Below the pieces are notes generated by a model that was not told where the DNA came from, ran no database searches, and saw nothing but the letters and a program-made list of their open reading frames with translations. A stretch of DNA of 64,000 nucleotides, from NCBI GenBank assembly GCA_965112735.1, contig OZ218955.1:2728001-2792000 (forward strand), given 5' to 3'. The stretch comes from Phaeosaccion multiseriatum (lineage: Eukaryota > Protista > Ochrophyta, other classes). The translations under genes and the position numbers were made by a program. Positions 58,658 to 64,000 of the stretch are shown in pieces; the first letter of the stretch is position 1; every line of letters begins with the position of its first letter.

Positions 58658-60801
58658 ATGACGCTTCAGATGGGCTTGCTTCGGGGCTCGAGGGCCCTGA
58701 TAAGCAGCAGCAAAGGCAGCAGCAGCAGCAGCATCGGTGTGTTGGGGAGGAGATGGAGAACAACCCACGGGGTGACACCAGCCCCGTCCCAGCGGCAATC
58801 GACACATCAGTCGCTGAAGCGCCTGTATACCGCCGGAAGAAGAAGCGGGTTGGCTGGGGCCTCCCCCCTTTGCTCGACTATCTCAGGTCTTCAATGGCCA
58901 TGGGCAGGAGGAGGCACTGATGGCTCACGCATCAACAAGCGACGCCTTGGCGGATGTGGTTGCGGCTGCGTTCGTCACCACAGTAGCAGTAGCAGTAGCA
59001 GTAGCCACGAGAGGTCGGAGGAAGGGACGAAGCTCCAACAGCGAGGGGGGGGGGGGAGTAGAGGAGCGGCGGCAACGGCGGCAGCAGCGGCGCGGGACAT
59101 GTGGAGGAGCAAGAAGACGGAAATGGCAGGGGACATGAAGGGCAGGAAGGAGGAATTGGCCCAGGATGCCAGAGAGGTAGCCGAACGATTGAGAAAGAAG
59201 GGGGAGGAGGCAAAGGAGCAGCTGGTGGGTAGGGGAGCGGACCTGAGTGGGGCCGCGAGGGAAAAGGTCCGGGAAGGGCACGAGAGGTTGGTGGAGAGGG
59301 GAGAAGAAGTGAAAGACACTCTCGTGGCCGGGAGGGAAAAGCTCAAGGAGGGTGGAGAGCACCTGAGGGAGATGGCGAGGGATAAGGTGAAGGAAGGTAG
59401 TGAGCGGTGGGCGAGCAGGCGAGATGAGCTGAGGGATAGAGCCAAGGATAGAGTCACCGATGCCGCACACGACGCACGGGAGAACATGTCGAGCGTGAAG
59501 GATCGCTTGAAGGAGAGGGGAGGAGACATGAAGGACCGACTGAAGGAGAAGGGGGGAGACATGGTGAAGGAGGCCACCACTCAGGTGAGTGTGTCGAGTC
59601 GAGTGTCAGTGTCAGAGGAGGAGGACAAAGTAGGCGGTGTTGGGTGTTAAGTGTTGGGGGTTGTACAGGCCACGGCAAGGCAATGCCCGCTTCAAAAGAG
59701 GGCCAGGCGGTAGTGCAGTTGGGCAGCAGGCTTCGTTGGGTGGGCAGCGTGTTGGTTCGGCGCTGCTCTTGCTGCTCTGCCCGCGCTGCTCCGGTACCAC
59801 TGAGTGCATCGATGCCTCCTCTCCTCCACCTCCCTACCCCCACCCAGCCTGCTCACTGACTACACTGGGGCTGTGCCCTCGCTAGCGACCTCACACTGCA
59901 CACCTGACTCCACTAGAATGCACTGGCCTCTCTCCTTTCACCCCCCCCCCCTCACCCCCTCTCTCCTTCCGTTGCCCTGCCCTTCATCTTGCCTCCTGCC
60001 CTTGCTCCTCGCCATGCCTCTTGCTCGCCCCTCTCTCCCCCTCTCCGCCGCACCATCCCATCCTCTCCCAAAGGTGCGGGATAGTGTAGTGGCTGGGAGG
60101 GAAAAAGTGGCAGAGAAGGCCGAGGCAGGCAAGAACACCGTCAAGTGGATCTTCAAAAAGTACGGCCTCATCGCTCTGGGTACCTACGTGACCGTGTACG
60201 CAGGCACGCTCAGCTCCGTCTATGCTGTTCTACAATTGGGCGTCATCAGTCCGGAGTGGTTGGCGACGGGGGCTGAGAGCGCTACTCAGCACGTGCAGGC
60301 GCTCATGTGTTACCTGCCGGCCTGGGCGGAGGAGAAGGGTGTCAAGTGGTGGGGCACAGTGATGCTTGATCCGACCTACAGGAGCCTCGCGCTGGTGAGT
60401 TGTGGAGTTTGGCTTGAGGGTGCTTGGTACTGGTACTTGACTTGGCTTGGGTTTGTTGATCAAGAGGAACAGGAAGAGCATACCATACACCTCTCGCTCG
60501 GGAGCTTCAGCGTGCTTGTGCGCGAGGGATTGGAACGTGCGGGGAGCAAAATCAGAAGTTCAGTTTTTAGTTTACTTTCCAGTCTGTCGGTCGGTCTGTC
60601 GAACAACGCGCTTAACTCGACCGAGGGTGCGTGTCTGCAACTTCCCCGCGTTGCCTTCTCTGCCGTAAGTGTGGCTCCCTCACCCCTCGTCCCTCCCCTG
60701 CCCAGGCCTGGATAGCGACCAAGGTAACCGAGCCCGCGCGTATTCTCCTCACCATTGCCGTGGTGCCGAGGGTGGCGAGGTTCTTCAAGCGAAAATCTTG
60801 A
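58658..60801 (+). CDS. FAM210/DUF1279-family mitochondrial membrane protein with a LEA-like helical region
   Basis: Exons 58658-59585, 60073-60394 and 60705-60801. The N-terminus is R/S/G-rich and presequence-like. KWIFKKYGLIALGTYVTVY...SLAL|AWIATKVTEPARILLTIAVVPRVARFF* fits the DUF1279 pattern (KxYG...AxxxxKxxxPxR). Confidence 0.78.
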
Positions 60802-61126
60802 CAAAGGACAGGACAACAGGCGAAACGGCAATACCTACGCACGCACGCACGCACGCACGCATACATACATACACACACACACGCGCGCGCACTGGATGAA
60901 GGCTACATCTTACTCCCTAGAGTCTGTCTTCTCGTGGGCACACCCTTGCCGCTCACCGTATCCGTTACCCCCCCGGGTTGGACGCGTGCATGTCTTGTGC
61001 TTCATGTAGCGACACATGGGGTGAGGTATATGGGGTGAGGTATATGGGGTGAGGTATAGTGTGGTATGTTGCGGTGCGGCACAAGTGAGAAGAACTCAAG
61101 CAGCACACGTACACACACACACACAG

Positions 61127-61167
<41 letters not shown>

Positions 61168-61642
61168 TTCACAGGCTTGAATGGCACGAACGGGCAGGGG
61201 ATGGGCGGTGTGGGGGAGTAGGGGAAGAGAACGTATTTCGAGGGGGAAGATAAGACTATCTTCTGCGAGCATGACCACCTCAAGGGGAAGCCTTCGATGG
61301 GACCCCACTCTACCTTTGGACATGCGGCTGTGCGGCGTATAAGATCGGTGAAGGAGGACACGCGCCCGCCCACGAGCCCCGAGCCACCCCCCCCCCCCCA
61401 CGACGTGTTCCTCCCTTCTTGGGGGGAAAAGCGGGCAGCAGACAACACTCTCTTGTTGGCCCAGACACTTCTTATTCGTTTTGTTACTACAGTGGCCCAA
61501 GTACTTCGATACTGAATGAATGCTCATTTCCGTGATTTTCATTTACACCACTGCCGTCTCGCTGTCGCGATCAAGCTACGCTTTTTTTCACTACTTCCTT
61601 CCCCCTTTCCTCTACCCTACTGTACAAGCAAAGCTTCTCCCC

Positions 61643-63397
61643 TCACTGGATGGTGATTGTCCTGGGCTTCATCTTGGGCACCGTGACGCTCAGAGCCTCC
61701 GGCCCTCCCTCACCCGCCTCTCCCTGCACGAAGGACGCGCTGATGGCCCCCACGTCGGCGTCCTTGGCGAGCCTGAGGCGGCGCTCTCTGGACCTCACCG
61801 CCGCACCCTGCCCCTCCTCGCCCTCCTGCTGCTGCTGACGGTGGGTCGCCGTGATGACCAGAGTGGCGTTGTCCTCCTCAAGCTTGATGGTCACGTCCTC
61901 CTTCTCCAGCCCCTCCGGAAGGAACACCTTCGCCGCGTACCCCTCCTCCTTGGGAGGTGCGATCTCCACGTACATCTCTGCGCGTCTGGCCGCGAGCACC
62001 TTCTGCAGCCGAGCCCGCTCCTTCTGCTGCACCTGCTCCTCCGTCAGCGGCTTGAGGTTGGGGGGAGGCGTCGTGGAGCTGCTTGTGGAGCTGCTCGCCA
62101 AGCCCCAGTCCTTCTCGAAGTCCCTGACGAGCCCGTCGAACATGGTCGAGAAAGAGTCCTCGATTTCGAGGCGGGCCCTCTCCGCCTTCTCCGCCCTCTC
62201 CAAGCGCTCCTTGATGGCCTTCTCCCTCCTCTCCTCGGCCTCCTGCCGGGCTGCAGCTTGCTTCGCCGCCTCCACGCGAGCGGCGATCTGCCTGTTGGTA
62301 TCGTCGATCTGCTGCTCCCTCTGCTGCAGCTGCTGCGTCAAGTCCGTCTTCTCCTCGCTGCTCATTGCGCCCCACCCGCCCACCTTGGGCAGCACCACCG
62401 TGAGCTTCCTGGCGCCGCCCTCCTCCTCCGACCACTCCGTGGACAAGCTCTGCTCCCACTGCACCTTGAGCTCTGCGTCCGACTGTGACTCCTCCTCCTT
62501 GGAGACAGACACGGGCGAGCCCGCCGAAGCAGTCTCTACCTCCGCCGTGATGGTGGCGCTGGCTGTCTCGGTGGTGCTGGGGGCGTCGTCTCTCCTCTCT
62601 GCGCTCGGCTCTTGCACCTCCCTGTAGAGCTCCAGTCCCTCCGGCAGCTCGAACGCCTGAGAGAAGGAGCGCTGCACCGTTCGCGTGACCTGCTGCTGCT
62701 CCTCGCGCCAGTGCTGGTAGGGGCCGCTACCGAAGATGAGCTGGGCCATGAGGTCCGAGTCCGTCGTGTAGGGTCTCATCACCGTGCGGCTCTGGCGCTC
62801 CTCCTCCGTGGTGCCGACCTGGACATTGAGGTAGCGTGCTCCGGGCGCGCCCTCCAGAGTGACCTGCACGTCACCCTCGGCCACCCCTCCGGCCGCAGGT
62901 GTGTCCACGCGAGGCTGGGTCGAATCGCTCTGCTGGTCCTCCTCCTGATGCTCCTCCTTCTGCTCGTCCTTCTGCCCCTCGGCCTGCTGCTGCTTGTTGG
63001 TGGCGGGTGCTGGGAAGGTGAAGGAGACACGAATCTCCGAGTCCGATTCCTCGATCTTGGGGCTCGACAGCACTCCCTCAATAGGGTGCTGCTGCTCCTG
63101 CTGCTGTTGCTTCTTCGTCTCCTGCTGCCTCCTGTACTGCCTCGGAGCGGGGGCTACACACGGACCGAAGGCGAAGCCTAGGTCTCTGCCTGAGAGCAGG
63201 GAAGGCGAAATGCTCAATCTCCTCCTCGGGTTATCGCACAGGCCCATCTGCGGGCTCTGTTGCCTCTGCCTCTGCTGCCGCCATCGCTGCTCCCGCTGGC
63301 GGTGCCTCGCCGGGCCGGAGGGCGCGGTGATGAAGGCAGCGGCAGGGAATAGATGCGAGCGGGCTCCTCCCATGCTGCTGCTGATATAGTACACCAT
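61643..63397 (-). CDS. Intronless small heat-shock protein with two alpha-crystallin (HSP20) domains
   Basis: C-terminal ACD: YAAKVFLPEGLEKEDVTIKLEEDNATLVIT...RLAKDADVGAISASF...LSVTVPK, followed by an IxI-type tail RTITIQ. N-proximal ACD: IEESDSEIRVSFTFP...DVQVTLE...RSFSQAFELPEG...KLTVVLPK. A coiled-coil linker separates them. Confidence 0.78.
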   Translation of the reverse strand: MVYYISSSMGGARSHLFPAAAFITAPSGPARHRQREQRWRQQRQRQQSPQMGLCDNPRRRLSISPSLLSGRDLGFAFGPCVAPAPRQYRRQQETKKQQQQEQQHPIEGVLSSPKIEESDSEIRVSFTFPAPATNKQQQAEGQKDEQKEEHQEEDQQSDSTQPRVDTPAAGGVAEGDVQVTLEGAPGARYLNVQVGTTEEERQSRTVMRPYTTDSDLMAQLIFGSGPYQHWREEQQQVTRTVQRSFSQAFELPEGLELYREVQEPSAERRDDAPSTTETASATITAEVETASAGSPVSVSKEEESQSDAELKVQWEQSLSTEWSEEEGGARKLTVVLPKVGGWGAMSSEEKTDLTQQLQQREQQIDDTNRQIAARVEAAKQAAARQEAEERREKAIKERLERAEKAERARLEIEDSFSTMFDGLVRDFEKDWGLASSSTSSSTTPPPNLKPLTEEQVQQKERARLQKVLAARRAEMYVEIAPPKEEGYAAKVFLPEGLEKEDVTIKLEEDNATLVITATHRQQQQEGEEGQGAAVRSRERRLRLAKDADVGAISASFVQGEAGEGGPEALSVTVPKMKPRTITIQ

Positions 63398-63721
63398 TTC
63401 TTCTTGTTCGTTTGTTTCGTTGTTTGTGAGCCCATTGCTTCGTCTTCATCTTCCCCTTTTTTCTGGATTGATCTCGAACTTATTAAGTGCCATCTCGAAC
63501 GATCTAGATGCGTGTGTTGGTTCTCTGACTCACAGATGGCAGGGAATGTTATTTGTTTTTCTTCTGATTTCCCATGGGAGATTCCACGTGGAGACGATTA
63601 AGACACATGACACCTTTTCATTTCCTCACAACACATCCTTCATTGGACAAGCAACACATCTTTCTTTCCTCACGAACCTCCTCATACTAACGCGGTAGTA
63701 CGCAGAAATTAAAAGCACAAC
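63398..63721. promoter_or_regulatory. Probable bidirectional promoter with imperfect HSE-like elements and two adjacent 10-bp palindromes
   Basis: ATCTCGAAC occurs twice (63471, 63492); the second extends to ATCTCGAACGATCTAGA, an imperfect nGAAn array. TCCCATGGGA (63570-63579) and TCCACGTGGA (63583-63592, G-box core) sit near the midpoint. Confidence 0.4.
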
Positions 63722-64000
63722 ATGGGCTTCAGCGGGCACCCGATGCCAGCAGGCTACATGCTCTCGCCCAGTGCAGCGGCGCTTCTTCCCCCATCCCTCG
63801 GGAACGGGGCCGCCTTTATCAGCATGAGCATGCCCTGTGGCTCGTTCGAGTGCCAACAGGAGAGGCGTCAGCAGCAGCGGGTCCGGGAACAGCAGCGGCG
63901 GCGACTGTGGGAGGAGCAGCGGCGATACGGAGGCGGGCCTCGCGGAGTCAGCTTCGAGGTGGGCTCCAGCCCGCGCCAGTGGAAGCAGAGGCAACAGCGG
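63722..64000 (+). CDS. 5' end of a gene, probably a divergently transcribed paralog of the adjacent sHSP
   Basis: ATG at 63722 opens a frame that runs off the window end (MGFSGHPMPAG...GAAFISMS...QQERRQQQRVREQQRRR...GVSFEVGSSPRQWKQRQQR). It resembles the sHSP N-terminus (AAAFITAP...RQREQRWRQQRQRQQ...GFAFG...APRQYRRQQ). This ORF is absent from the supplied track. Confidence 0.5.
   Translation, partial: MGFSGHPMPAGYMLSPSAAALLPPSLGNGAAFISMSMPCGSFECQQERRQQQRVREQQRRRLWEEQRRYGGGPRGVSFEVGSSPRQWKQRQQR

Noticed and set aside
63626-63994. 122-aa minus-strand ORF
   Set aside because: It has no recognisable features and is better explained as the antisense of the + strand gene starting at 63722.
1-64000. 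tRNA, rRNA or autonomous transposon genes
   Set aside because: No cloverleaf, rRNA-like sequence, or RT/integrase/transposase motifs were recognised by eye. A covariance-model or HMM search could still find small ones.

Overview
Eukaryotic nuclear DNA: GC-rich, intron-rich (GT-AG) and very dense in microsatellites. The style suggests a stramenopile alga, but that is inference only. About 13 gene models can be built by eye: the 3' end of a PAN/Apple-domain gene, RBM28/Nop4 (-) head-to-head with a Sen1/senataxin-like SF1 helicase (+), a TPR+SET protein (-), a decayed WRKY19-type zinc-finger fragment, a prominin/Tweety-like pentaspan membrane protein (-), a small multi-TM protein (-) with a chimeric partial duplicate, a 2343-aa disordered motif-repeat protein starting MGAGAS (-) head-to-head with a kinesin-8 (+), a signal-peptide SDR (-) head-to-head with a FAM210/DUF1279 protein (+), and a double alpha-crystallin sHSP (-) head-to-head with a probable paralog (+, truncated). 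Most ORFs in the supplied track are microsatellite or antisense artefacts. The main unexplained signals are four. (1) An 11-mer, GTTGGTGATAC, occurs about 23 times exactly and about 15 times with one mismatch, on both strands, in exons of five unrelated genes and in introns; it is read as AVGDTA, QLVIQQ or VSPTA in proteins. (2) A 2.6-kb array of phase-0 Pro/Thr mini-exon cassettes is inserted in an intron, partly inverted, and four of its junctions fall at the same nucleotide of the repeat unit. (3) Many introns carry mutually complementary microsatellites at their two ends. (4) A giant disordered protein is built of repeated aromatic motifs. Coordinates and counts were obtained by eye and may be off by a few bases.
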